Source of the DNA: a bacterium
GTDB lineage: Bacteria > Zhuqueibacterota > Zhuqueibacteria > Residuimicrobiales > Krinioviventaceae
Length of the DNA: 64,000 nucleotides
Direction: 5' to 3'
Assembly (NCBI GenBank): GCA_963674595.2
Contig: CAXXFV010000036.1
Location: 15,496 to 79,495, forward strand
Part shown: in pieces, positions 10,878-19,733 of the stretch
Position numbering within the stretch: position 1 is the first letter of the stretch
Layout of the letters: the number at the start of each line of letters is the position of its first letter
Made by a program: the position numbers and the translations under genes
Notes under the pieces: model-generated
Database searches by the model: none
What the model saw: the letters and a program-made list of their open reading frames with translations, nothing else
What the model was told of the DNA's origin: nothing

Positions 10878-11114
10878 TTAAACTCCGTCCTGTAAAACAT
10901 GAATATGATGCGCCATACCGCGACCGAGGGCGATGTGAATGTTATGAACGATTATTAAAATAGGCCCACCCAAGGGTCCGCCACGTTTTACATATACTTT
11001 ATCACCAATGTGAATCCCCAATTGATTCAGTCTATGCCTTACGCCCCAACCACCGTCGATTTGTAATACAGTGACAGCGGTTTCGGGTTTTATTTTATCC
11101 AGTGAAATGTTCAT
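10878..11114 (-). CDS. feoA: FeoA family protein (start placed at ATG 11114)
   Basis: RLNQLGIHIG..GPLGGP..IALGRGMA SH3-like signature; directly upstream of feoB. Confidence 0.9.
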   Translation of the reverse strand: MNISLDKIKPETAVTVLQIDGGWGVRHRLNQLGIHIGDKVYVKRGGPLGGPILIIVHNIHIALGRGMAHHIHVLQDGV

Positions 11115-11616
11115 CAACTTGCCTGTCCTTAAAGCTAGGATGGTGCTTATTAAGACAATCATTACATCCTAATACACCGTTACCATATTGCCCACAGTTT
11201 TTAAAATGAGTAAATATTATTTGCCAGTTATGTGGACATTTTTTTATAAAATTTAAAAAATTTGCCATTGAATTTAATGATTCACGACTAATAATATGTT
11301 CCAGTTTACAAGCTTCCTGTTCCGCTTTTTCAGGCTCAACATCGAGAATATTTACAAGCCAATCCTTAATAATACGATGTGTTTTTTCCAAATCTTTAGC
11401 TAATTGACGTCCCAGGGTTGTCAGGGTAACGTGGCCGTATTGTTCATGGGAAACAAGTTCTTTTTTAACCAACTGGTTCATAACCAGTGAAACACTTGAT
11501 CTGGTAACACCACGCCGGTCGGCAATGTCTTTAACTCTTGCCACTTTATTTTCTTTTTCTAAAGCGTGAATGACTTCAATATATTCTTCAGTTGTTGTGT
11601 CATGTGAAGAAATCAT
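11095..11616 (-). CDS. DtxR/MntR/TroR family metal-dependent repressor (start placed at ATG 11616)
   Basis: EEYIEVI, ARVKDIA..GVTRSSVS HTH and EACKLEH metal site; GGAG RBS before 11616; Cys-rich tail. Confidence 0.88.
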   Translation of the reverse strand: MISSHDTTTEEYIEVIHALEKENKVARVKDIADRRGVTRSSVSLVMNQLVKKELVSHEQYGHVTLTTLGRQLAKDLEKTHRIIKDWLVNILDVEPEKAEQEACKLEHIISRESLNSMANFLNFIKKCPHNWQIIFTHFKNCGQYGNGVLGCNDCLNKHHPSFKDRQVDEHFTG

Positions 11617-11628
11617 ATAAACTCCAAA

Positions 11629-11663
11629 GTTTGGTGCGTCAAACATTGTTTGGTGTGCAAATT
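11629..11663. promoter_or_regulatory. tandem imperfect palindromes, likely operators of the DtxR-family repressor
   Basis: GTTTGGTGCGTCAAAC (11629-11644) and GTTTGGTGTGCAAATT (11648-11663), 19 bp apart and adjacent to the RBS. Confidence 0.65.
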
Positions 11664-11738
11664 TAATAACTTTTAATATATAATGCAATAATTAATTATT
11701 GTGAAAATTGTCATCTTAATTTTATAGCCGACTTTTAC

Positions 11739-11767
11739 TTGACTAAATTTTGTTGATTCGTTATATT
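11739..11767 (+). promoter_or_regulatory. sigma70-type promoter
   Basis: TTGACT-17 nt-TATATT upstream of the AGGAG RBS of the 11791 ORF. Confidence 0.5.
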
Positions 11768-11790
11768 ATTCACGAATTGAATTAGGAGAT

Positions 11791-12348
11791 TTGATGCGGA
11801 ATTATTTTGTTTATTCCATAATTTTTATTGCCGTTCTTTTCACCTCACCATTTTGTAAAAACTCTGAAATGAGTGAAAAGATCGATATTACTTCCCATTC
11901 AATAAAGCTGTTTTTTGATCCTGTTGATAAATACCTGGCAGCAATTGACACTGTTCAGTTGGACTATAAAAAAAAGACGGATTCTATCTCTTTTTTAATT
12001 AATAAAGATCTGGTTGTTGAATTTATTGGGGTAGGGTATCAGGCTTTTAAATTTAAAAAAATTCTGGTCGATACGATTGATAACTCTCAGGCGGATCGTT
12101 ATATTGTTTATTTGCCAAAATCTCTTAGTCCACCAAAAATTGAAATACGTTACAAGGGGTGTATAAAAGAGCTATCTGTTTTACCCAATATGGTACAAGG
12201 ACAGGATGACCTGAGCACGAACGAAAATGTAAAATACATTTTGTATCCGGAAAACATGTGGTACCCATTTTTTAACGATACGACATTAAGTGTTAAAGTT
12301 TATACACAGTCACCCATACAATATGAATTTTCAAAAAATGAGGATTAA
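11791..12348 (+). CDS. exported hypothetical protein resembling the N-terminal beta domain of M1 aminopeptidases; no catalytic domain
   Basis: Signal-like N-terminus; H-x-I-x-L-x-FDP, FLINKDL, IRYKG and WYP motifs; no HExxH. Confidence 0.4.
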   Translation: MMRNYFVYSIIFIAVLFTSPFCKNSEMSEKIDITSHSIKLFFDPVDKYLAAIDTVQLDYKKKTDSISFLINKDLVVEFIGVGYQAFKFKKILVDTIDNSQADRYIVYLPKSLSPPKIEIRYKGCIKELSVLPNMVQGQDDLSTNENVKYILYPENMWYPFFNDTTLSVKVYTQSPIQYEFSKNED

Positions 12349-12430
12349 TCCGAGAATCCTGTTTTAAAATTATCATTAATCCCTGAAATAACCTTTTTCC
12401 CGAATGCTTTTAATATAAAGGAGCAACGTA

Positions 12431-13463
12431 ATGGAAACCATGAAAGCATTAGTAAAAAAAATATGACAAACCCGGATTATGGATGGAACAAGTCCCTATT
12501 CCCGAATATGGTAATAATGATCTGTTGGTGAAGATTAAAAAAACGGCAATTTGCGGCACTGATTTACATATATATAACTGGGACGAGTGGGCCCAACGTA
12601 CTATAAAAACTCCGATGACAATCGGGCACGAGTTTGTGGGCGAAGTTGTGGCCAAAGGAGTAAATGTCAGCGGATATGAGATCGGTGAACGTATATCCGG
12701 AGAAGGCCACATTGTCTGCGGTATTTGCAGAAGCTGTCGCGCGGGCAGGAGACACCTGTGTACAAATACCATTGGTATTGGTGTAAACAGAAACGGTTGT
12801 TTTGCTGAATATTTATGCCTTCCGGCTTCTAATGCCTGGCATATTGACGATAGCATTCCCGATGATATTGTCGCTTTTTTTGATCCCTTTGGAAATGCCA
12901 CCCATGCTGCATTATCTTTTAATATGGTTGGCGAAGATGTGCTGATAACAGGTGCCGGACCAATTGGCGTTATGGCTGTCGGCATTGCAAAACATGTGGG
13001 TGCGCGGAATATCGTTATAACCGATGTTAACGAATACCGTCTGGATTTGGCCCGAAAAATGGGCGCCACCAAGGCCATTAATGTAGCTAAAACCGGTATT
13101 AAAGAAGGCATCAAAGAGCTAAACATGATTGGTTTTGATATTGGGCTGGAAATGAGCGGAAACCCGGCTGCTTTTGAATCCATGCTTGAAAATATGTATC
13201 ACGGCGGCAGAATTGCCTTGCTGGGTATTTTACCAAGTATGACCCAAATTGACTGGGACCAAATCATTTTTAAAGGACTTTTTATTAAGGGCATTTATGG
13301 CCGTGAAATTTTTGAAACATGGTATAAAATGCAAACCATGATACAAAGTGGATTGGATATTTCACCTGTTTTAACGCATAAATTTAAATTTGATGATTTT
13401 GAAAATGGATTTCAGGTAATGAAGTCCGGTGATTGCGGCAAAGTTGTTCTTGAATTAGATTAA
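12431..13463 (+). CDS. tdh: L-threonine 3-dehydrogenase; +1 frameshift in the A8 run at 12454-12461
   Basis: AAGGAG RBS then [10 protein letters not shown]; deleting one A restores [14 protein letters not shown] (343 aa). [35 protein letters not shown] and KGIYGRE motifs. Confidence 0.92.
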
Positions 13464-13489
13464 TATAATATAACTTATCGGAGGTAATA

Positions 13490-14905
13490 ATGAAGTTAAA
13501 ATCGACAAAGTATTTCAGTGTTTTATTTATTGTGCTTATGCTTTTACCTGTTTCATCTTTTGCGTATAAAAAAATCAAAACTTTTGTTTTGCATCCACCC
13601 GAACAAACACTGGAAGGTGTCAAACGTATTGCCGTACTGGATTTTACTGAAACCGGCTCCAAAGAGGAAGAGGGTAACAATTTAGATCGTGAAGATTTGG
13701 CCATTAAAATTATTTCCGATGTTATTTTTGGTGATAAATCCAATCCCAGCACCGTGCAGCATGGAAAAAACTTTACAGATTATTTAATCGGCAAATTAAT
13801 TGAAAGTGATCGCGGTATCGAAAAAGTGCAAACCGGTTTTTTGGGTATGGGAAGCGGACGTGAAGGGAAAACGTTACAGGACGGTGCATTTACCAATGTT
13901 TATGAAATTGTTGAAAGAGCTCAACTTGAACGATTACTTGAAGAACAAAAACTGGGCATGTCCGGCATTGTTAATCAGGACCAGGTTGCACAACTCGGTA
14001 TTATGCTTGGGGTTCAGGCATTTGTTACCGGTAATTTGAGTATTACTCAAAAAGATACCGATTACAAAGAGACCCGCACGAAAAAGAAAGACGGTAAAGA
14101 AGTTAAAGAACAGGTAGCATGTCAAAAACGGGAAATTGTCGTCAAAGTTCGTACCCGCATTATCAGCACAGAGACCGGAAAAATTTTGGGAAGCACCGAG
14201 GCTTCTGAAAAATTGGCAAAATCATCCTGTAATGATAGCTGGGGAAACGATTCCTTCGGCAGATGAAATGATTGATGAATGTTTAAAGAAAAACAGTGAA
14301 ACTATAGCCAATTATTTTGCCCCATACTTTGAACTCGTTTCTTTTGAATTTAAAAAGATTGAAATGGACAAATTCAAAGATATTGGCGACAAAGCGGCTG
14401 AAGAGGCTGAAGATTTGCATGTGGATAAGGCCTATACAATTTATAAAGCAGTATATGATAAAATCCATACAACCCGGAAGTGACATATAATCTTGGTGTT
14501 TTACAGGAAGTTGTGGGTAACTTTACAAAAGCCCATGAACTGTACCAAATGGCCTATCAACTGAATGATGACGGCCGTTATAAAGATGCACTGAAAAGAA
14601 TGGATAAAAACGTAGAATTTGCAACGGCCCTGGCTAATATGGGAATTGAAATTAAGGAACATGACTTTAACACCAGTCAGGCGGCAGCTAAACGTGCTCT
14701 TGCTAAAAAGATCAGAACAAACGGAAACCGTAATGATATGATCAATATTCATCTGAAACCAACCGTTCAAAGTGCTGTTATACAGCGGGTTCCCGGTGGA
14801 TTGACATTTATCGTGCTGGATAGAACAGGAGACTGGTTTCTCATTGAATTGTTGGGCGGGAAACAGGGATATGTAAATCAGGATGCCTGCAAACTGCAAG
14901 ATTAA
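13490..14905 (+). CDS. exported CsgG/HfaB-like + TPR + SH3b-like protein, split into three ORFs by compensating frameshifts
   Basis: Signal peptide; RIAVLDF, VERAQLERLLEEQKLGMSG and RIISTETGKILG (CsgG-like); YNPEVTYNLGVL (TPR); GDWFLIEL..GKQGYV (SH3b). Extra base near 14241-14247 and missing base near 14460-14463; merged length 471 aa. Confidence 0.7.
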
Positions 14906-14941
14906 CAGTTAATTGATTGAATATTTTTTGATGATAAAGAA

Positions 14942-14971
14942 AAAGCCTCATATTTTTAAATATGAGGCTTT
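14942..14971. terminator. bidirectional intrinsic terminator
   Basis: AAAGCCTCATATTT-TT-AAATATGAGGCTTT between convergent genes. Confidence 0.8.
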
Positions 14972-14987
14972 ATTATAATGTTAAATA

Positions 14988-15314
14988 TTACCATGATCGT
15001 GAACGCGGACCCTGAGATCCGCCTCTTCTCGGACCTCTTCCGCCGCCGCCACCACCGCCACCCGGGCGTCCTTTTTTCGGACGAGCTTCGTTAACAGTTA
15101 TTGTTCGTCCTTCCATTTCGACTCCATTGACTTTTTCAATTGCATCTTTTGCCTCTTCCTGAGAAGGCATTGAAACAAATCCAAAACCACGCAGTTCGTC
15201 AGAATATTGGTCTTTAATCAATTTAACTTCAGTAACTTGTCCGTATTCTTCAAAAAGTTTACGAACAGTTTCTTCGTTAGTGGTTTTTGGAAGATTGCCT
15301 ACATAGATATCCAA
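14988..15314 (-). CDS. RRM (RNP-1) RNA-binding protein with a Gly/Arg tail
   Basis: RNP2 IYVGNL, RNP1 RGFGFVSM, VNEARP; TTG start after AGGAG. Confidence 0.95.
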   Translation of the reverse strand: MDIYVGNLPKTTNEETVRKLFEEYGQVTEVKLIKDQYSDELRGFGFVSMPSQEEAKDAIEKVNGVEMEGRTITVNEARPKKGRPGGGGGGGGRGPRRGGSQGPRSRSW

Positions 15315-15519
15315 TTTAGACTCCTATGATAATAATAAAAAAGATCACCAATATTCGATGTTGAATTCGTCTTGTTTCTAACAAGATGTGACTCTTCAAG
15401 TGCGAACTGGCAAGTGTTTATGTAATGTGAGCAAAATATTTTAATTATTCAAGTATTTTTATTGGTTTTTACTTGATCGTTAAAATTTATCAGAGTTTTT
15501 AAAATCAAATTGATTTCAT

Positions 15520-17565
15520 TTATTTAACCGCTCTATAAGTAATCAGCTCGGAACCGGGTTTATCGAGTATGCGTATATCAACACCGGTTTTGAGTTCCTT
15601 TCCATACCGGGTATACACTGCACCGTTGTTTTCATAACATATTTCATAAAGTGTTTCATCATCCAGCGCTTTAAAACAAATTGTCTGAGATATTTTATCA
15701 CTTTTGGGACGGCGAAAAACAAGCGCCATGCCTTCATTTAAATCGTCACGATGAAACTGGTAAGCCAGCCAATTGTCAAATCCGGTAGAATAATCCGTCA
15801 ATGGATAATAATCGCCCTGGAAAAGATGGCGGATTTTTTTGTATTCGTCATAAATATATTTGGCCTTTTCTTTGGGGAAATCATTATCATACAGGTTCCA
15901 GCCGGTCACCATTGAACCGGAGTAACTACTGCGGGCCACATAAATATCGGTTACAATACTTCCGGTGCCGTGCTGCGGAAAATAATAGGACAGACCAAAG
16001 GTGTGGTTTTGGCGGCCGTTTGGTTCGGTATAGTTATAATCGGAACGCCACAATGCCACGCTTCGTGAGATTGTTTCCAGATCCAGTCTTCTGCCGCCGC
16101 TGGCACAGTTGTCAATAATCAGTCCCGGATGGCGCTGCACTAATTCATCCCAAAAAGCATACAGTCCCTCAATGTGCCGAATTTCGGTCATTCCCTGACG
16201 GTCGGGTGTGTCCAGAGACCGCCAGTAATCAAGAGGACGAATATTAAAGTCCTGACGATATAGGTCAACACCGTTCTCCTTAATCAGGTCTGAAATAAGG
16301 TTTGTCATCCATTTTCGGGCCTCGGGTATTCCCAGGTTAAAAATACCGTTTTTATCATCCGGTTTCCTTTTAATGATCCATTCCGGGTGTTCACGATCAA
16401 CCAATGTGCCCTGGTAAACACGTTCCGGTTCAAACCAGAGCAGGAATTTCAATCCCATTTTTTTAACCGCATCGGCAACCGGTTTCAGCCCGTTTGGGAA
16501 ATGTTCTTTACGAATATACCAGTTTCCCACGTTTTGGTGCCAGGTACCGTTGTTAAAATCCATACTGCCGTACCAACCGGCATCAATCCACCAGTATTCG
16601 GCTTGTAATCCGAATTGCTGGTATCGTTCCGCCAGTGCGATCATGTTATGTTCAGTAGCCATTGTAAATTCTTCAAACATAAAGGCACCGCCGTTGCAGG
16701 CGAGTGGTCCTGTATATGGTTTTCCGTTAATTCGGGGAGTATGATGGGCCAGCACAAACCGGCGCAGTAAATTATGACCGCGCATTCTGTCATCTCCCTG
16801 CCAAAACAGCAGGAGAATACGGGGTGTGCGAATTTTTTCTCCCGGATACAATTTCAGGTGTGTTTTTTCCAGTCCGGCCTGAAAGTTAATACCGCCGCTG
16901 TCATTTCGTTTTAACAGGGCCTGCCATTGTCCGCTCCAGCCAATGGCTGCCATAGCGCCCATTTCTCCGGCCTGAATGTTGAAAAAAGGAAACGAGCTTT
17001 GATCCGAGGAACGTCCACCTTTGGGCGCAAGTGTAATTTCGGAATTCGGGCCGATTTCATTCTTTAACGGTTCAAAATCATTTATCCCGTGGTTACTGCC
17101 GCGCGTATGGTGTAAAATATATTGTCCTTTGTTTGATTCAAAAAGATGTACATCAGCAGCCTGAATGTTTTGTAAAATAGGAGTATCGTTTGCACCCGAG
17201 TTTTCAAATTCCAAAATCCATTCAACCGCTGGAAAATTGTTAAAAACCGTAGCGACACACCTAATGACAAGTTTGGTTTCCGGGTCTTTCCAGGTTAGTA
17301 CATAGTCAGTTTTATCATTGTCCGTTTTCTTTTTCTCAATACTGATATCCCAATCCTTTAAAAAAGAGGCGGATTGGTTATCGTTATAGATAAATGAAAA
17401 CAAGGGTTCCGGTTTATCGATCAAATACCTGCTGGTCCATTGTTTAACAGCCTGATTTTCCTTTTTTACCAGATAGGCATTGTTTTCTTTAGCGGTTAGT
17501 AAAGGGCCGGTTATTAAAAAAAATCCTAAAAACAGCACCCATAACCGATAAGATAATCTAGCCAT
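15520..17565 (-). CDS. alpha-galactosidase, GH36-like, exported
   Basis: WWIDAGWY, FPNGLKP, LWFEPE, RQDFN, DNCASGGRRLD and WRSD motifs; signal peptide. Confidence 0.85.
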   Translation of the reverse strand: MARLSYRLWVLFLGFFLITGPLLTAKENNAYLVKKENQAVKQWTSRYLIDKPEPLFSFIYNDNQSASFLKDWDISIEKKKTDNDKTDYVLTWKDPETKLVIRCVATVFNNFPAVEWILEFENSGANDTPILQNIQAADVHLFESNKGQYILHHTRGSNHGINDFEPLKNEIGPNSEITLAPKGGRSSDQSSFPFFNIQAGEMGAMAAIGWSGQWQALLKRNDSGGINFQAGLEKTHLKLYPGEKIRTPRILLLFWQGDDRMRGHNLLRRFVLAHHTPRINGKPYTGPLACNGGAFMFEEFTMATEHNMIALAERYQQFGLQAEYWWIDAGWYGSMDFNNGTWHQNVGNWYIRKEHFPNGLKPVADAVKKMGLKFLLWFEPERVYQGTLVDREHPEWIIKRKPDDKNGIFNLGIPEARKWMTNLISDLIKENGVDLYRQDFNIRPLDYWRSLDTPDRQGMTEIRHIEGLYAFWDELVQRHPGLIIDNCASGGRRLDLETISRSVALWRSDYNYTEPNGRQNHTFGLSYYFPQHGTGSIVTDIYVARSSYSGSMVTGWNLYDNDFPKEKAKYIYDEYKKIRHLFQGDYYPLTDYSTGFDNWLAYQFHRDDLNEGMALVFRRPKSDKISQTICFKALDDETLYEICYENNGAVYTRYGKELKTGVDIRILDKPGSELITYRAVK

Positions 17566-17738
17566 AAATAAACTCCTATATTTTAGTTTTTATTAGTGTT
17601 TGCTTTATAAAAAAGTATTTATCTTTTTATTTTATGTAAAGGAATATAAAAGAAAGGTAGGATATTGTAATAATAAATAAATTTATACACAAGTAAAAAG
17701 CTAAAAGGCGATGTTTTTGAATAATTAAAACTCATAAT

Positions 17739-17768
17739 AAAAAAAAGCCCGTGAAAAACACGGGCTTT
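17739..17768 (-). terminator. intrinsic terminator after the YGW/CTD gene
   Basis: GCCCGTG-AAAAA-CACGGGC stem with a U8 tail on the minus strand. Confidence 0.8.
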
Positions 17769-17791
17769 ATATCTTGAGATGTATCAACTTT

Positions 17792-18977
17792 TTATCGTAT
17801 TCGTGTGACCTTTTGTGTTGTGATATTATTTCCTGCTTTGAGTACCAGTATATATAACCCACTGGGAGTGGGTTGTCCGGCATTGTCCAGACCGTCCCAT
17901 GAAGAGGTGTAACTGCCGGCACTTTGGTTTTCGGTTACCAGGGTTTGAACAGTACGTCCTGTAATGTCGATAACGCTCAATGTTACATCAGAATCGGCCT
18001 CAAGGCGGTATTCAATAGATGTTCCCGGATTAAAGGGATTGGGGTAGGCAGACAGTAATTCTGTTTTATCCGGTAAAACAATATCTGTGGTATTTACAGT
18101 TATCACATGTCTGGATGAGACATTTCCGTTGATATCGATATCTGTAAGGCGGTATAAATAGGTGTTTCCGGATTGGACGTTTTTTATCGGCAAAGTTGTA
18201 TTTAGTTTGGGATGTTTTATTTCCCTGACCAGCCAATTGTGTATGGGTTTTATAACTGGCGATTGTGGCCCAGTTTGTTTCACCTTTTAATTGGCGTTCC
18301 AGAATAAAGCCCAGGTTATCTGTTTCGCTTTCAGTGGTCCAGGAAATATTGATGGCGCCCTTGGCTTGCGAGGCTGTAAAGGAACTCAGTTCGACAGGTA
18401 AGGATTGATCAGAACCGGCATTGATTCCCTGATCCGGGATATCATCATAGGCCCATTCGTTGATTATAAGACTTGAATAGTCGCCTGCCATGGTCAGTTT
18501 TATCCAACCGTAGTGAGTATTGGCACCCAGATTAAATTTAAAACCGGCATATTTTGTACCGGCACCCTGGAATTGGGGGGCTAGGGGACCCCAATTGTCG
18601 TTTAAACGAAAACCACCACCCGGACCGATATAAGCATTTAAATTGAGGGCATTAACCTGACTGTCTGTACCAAGCCAGCCACAGGTGGCTATGTTAGGAT
18701 TGCTAACATGAAAATAGGCCATTACGCTGGGAAAGAAATAAATTTGAAATCTTTCAGTTCCTCCTAAACTGATGGGCTCCACATTTGTTCCTGTAGATAG
18801 AACAATACTACCGCCATTATTATAAACAACGACAGCACCTAAGGCCGGTTGAATGGGTAAAAGTGCTGCACCAGCAGCCACTGGAATTAATAATCGTTTG
18901 TCGAATTTACTTATACGGGCAACTTTGGATTAAGAATCCAAACGTTGCTTTAACGTGTCTCGCGTATCAACATTCAT
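17792..18977 (-). CDS. secreted YGW-motif protein with LPVELSSF linker and FlgD-Ig/T9SS-like C-terminal domain; in-frame TAA and one frameshift
   Basis: GGAGG RBS, ATG 18977: MNVDTRDTLKQRLDS*SKVARISKFDKRLLIPVAAGAALLPIQPALGA (TAA at 18930-18932). YAGFKF..THYGWIKL..EWAYDDIPDQGINAG. An extra base in the T6 run at 18180-18185 joins it to ..YPNPFNPGTSI..WDGLDNAG..SGLY. Repaired length 394 aa. Confidence 0.75.
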
Positions 18978-19129
18978 CAGTACCCTCCATTAAATAAATT
19001 TTTTTAAAAATTAAATAGTAAAACAAGGTGGTAATGAGAATAAGCCGACAATAATGTTATTAAGAATTGGAGAATAAGCGTTTAAGAAGAAGAGTTCCAC
19101 TTGAATAAGACTTTTATTGCCTTTAGTTT

Positions 19130-19158
19130 ATTGTACAATAAATTAGTAGATATGTCAA
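19130..19158 (-). promoter_or_regulatory. near-consensus sigma70 promoter for the YGW gene
   Basis: Minus strand TTGACA-17 nt-TACAAT. Confidence 0.7.
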
Positions 19159-19175
19159 GAAGTATTTTGAAAATT

Positions 19176-19733
19176 TCACTGTTTTTGCCGCCACATCGTG
19201 GTATCAATAGCAGAAGCCATGTTTTCTATGTTTAATTTGATTTTTAGAAAATTTTCAATTTCCTGTGCTTTTTCCAGTGGCTGGCTTAGAACTTCCGGGT
19301 AAAAAAGAAATAGACACCGTACTTTATTAGCAATCAGCCAATTTTGCACCCGGTTTGTTTGAGCCGAATAGGCCTTTGCCAAATCATCTGAGGAAAGATT
19401 AGCACCTGTTTGATCCAGGTTTTTTAACATTTCTCGCTGAGAGTTGATAATTTGTTCCAGAGGACGTACCATATAAAGAACAGAATACTCTTTTTCTTTA
19501 TCGACATAAGGCAAGAGTTGAGTAATAATTTTAACAGCCTTTCCATCCGCCTCCTGCAACCATGTGTTGTCCTGACGCAGTTTTTTTACTTTTTCGTATT
19601 CGTAATAGCCTCGTGTGTTGTTTTCATCTGCCTGGCGGATATTATCTGTTAATATGGGCAAACCGCATTTTTCCAGCATCTGCATCATTAAAGAGGTCCC
19701 TGAACGCGGAAGACCGGATACAATGGTTATCAT
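19176..19733 (-). CDS. PAPS-dependent sulfotransferase family protein
   Basis: 5'-PSB loop SGLPRSGTSLMMQML, N-x-RGYYE and 3'-PB-like YMVRPLEQIINSQ; ATGA overlap with the upstream gene. Confidence 0.85.
   Translation of the reverse strand: MITIVSGLPRSGTSLMMQMLEKCGLPILTDNIRQADENNTRGYYEYEKVKKLRQDNTWLQEADGKAVKIITQLLPYVDKEKEYSVLYMVRPLEQIINSQREMLKNLDQTGANLSSDDLAKAYSAQTNRVQNWLIANKVRCLFLFYPEVLSQPLEKAQEIENFLKIKLNIENMASAIDTTMWRQKQ

Noticed and set aside
12454-12461. Programmed frameshift or phase variation in tdh at A8
   Set aside because: No precedent known to me for tdh, no obvious stimulatory structure, and neighbouring homopolymer indels suggest error. Cannot be fully excluded without reads.
12449-13183. 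244-aa antisense ORF, and similar shadow ORFs such as 51350-52039, 10231-10677 and 37523-37975
   Set aside because: They lie opposite well-supported genes and have no recognisable motifs
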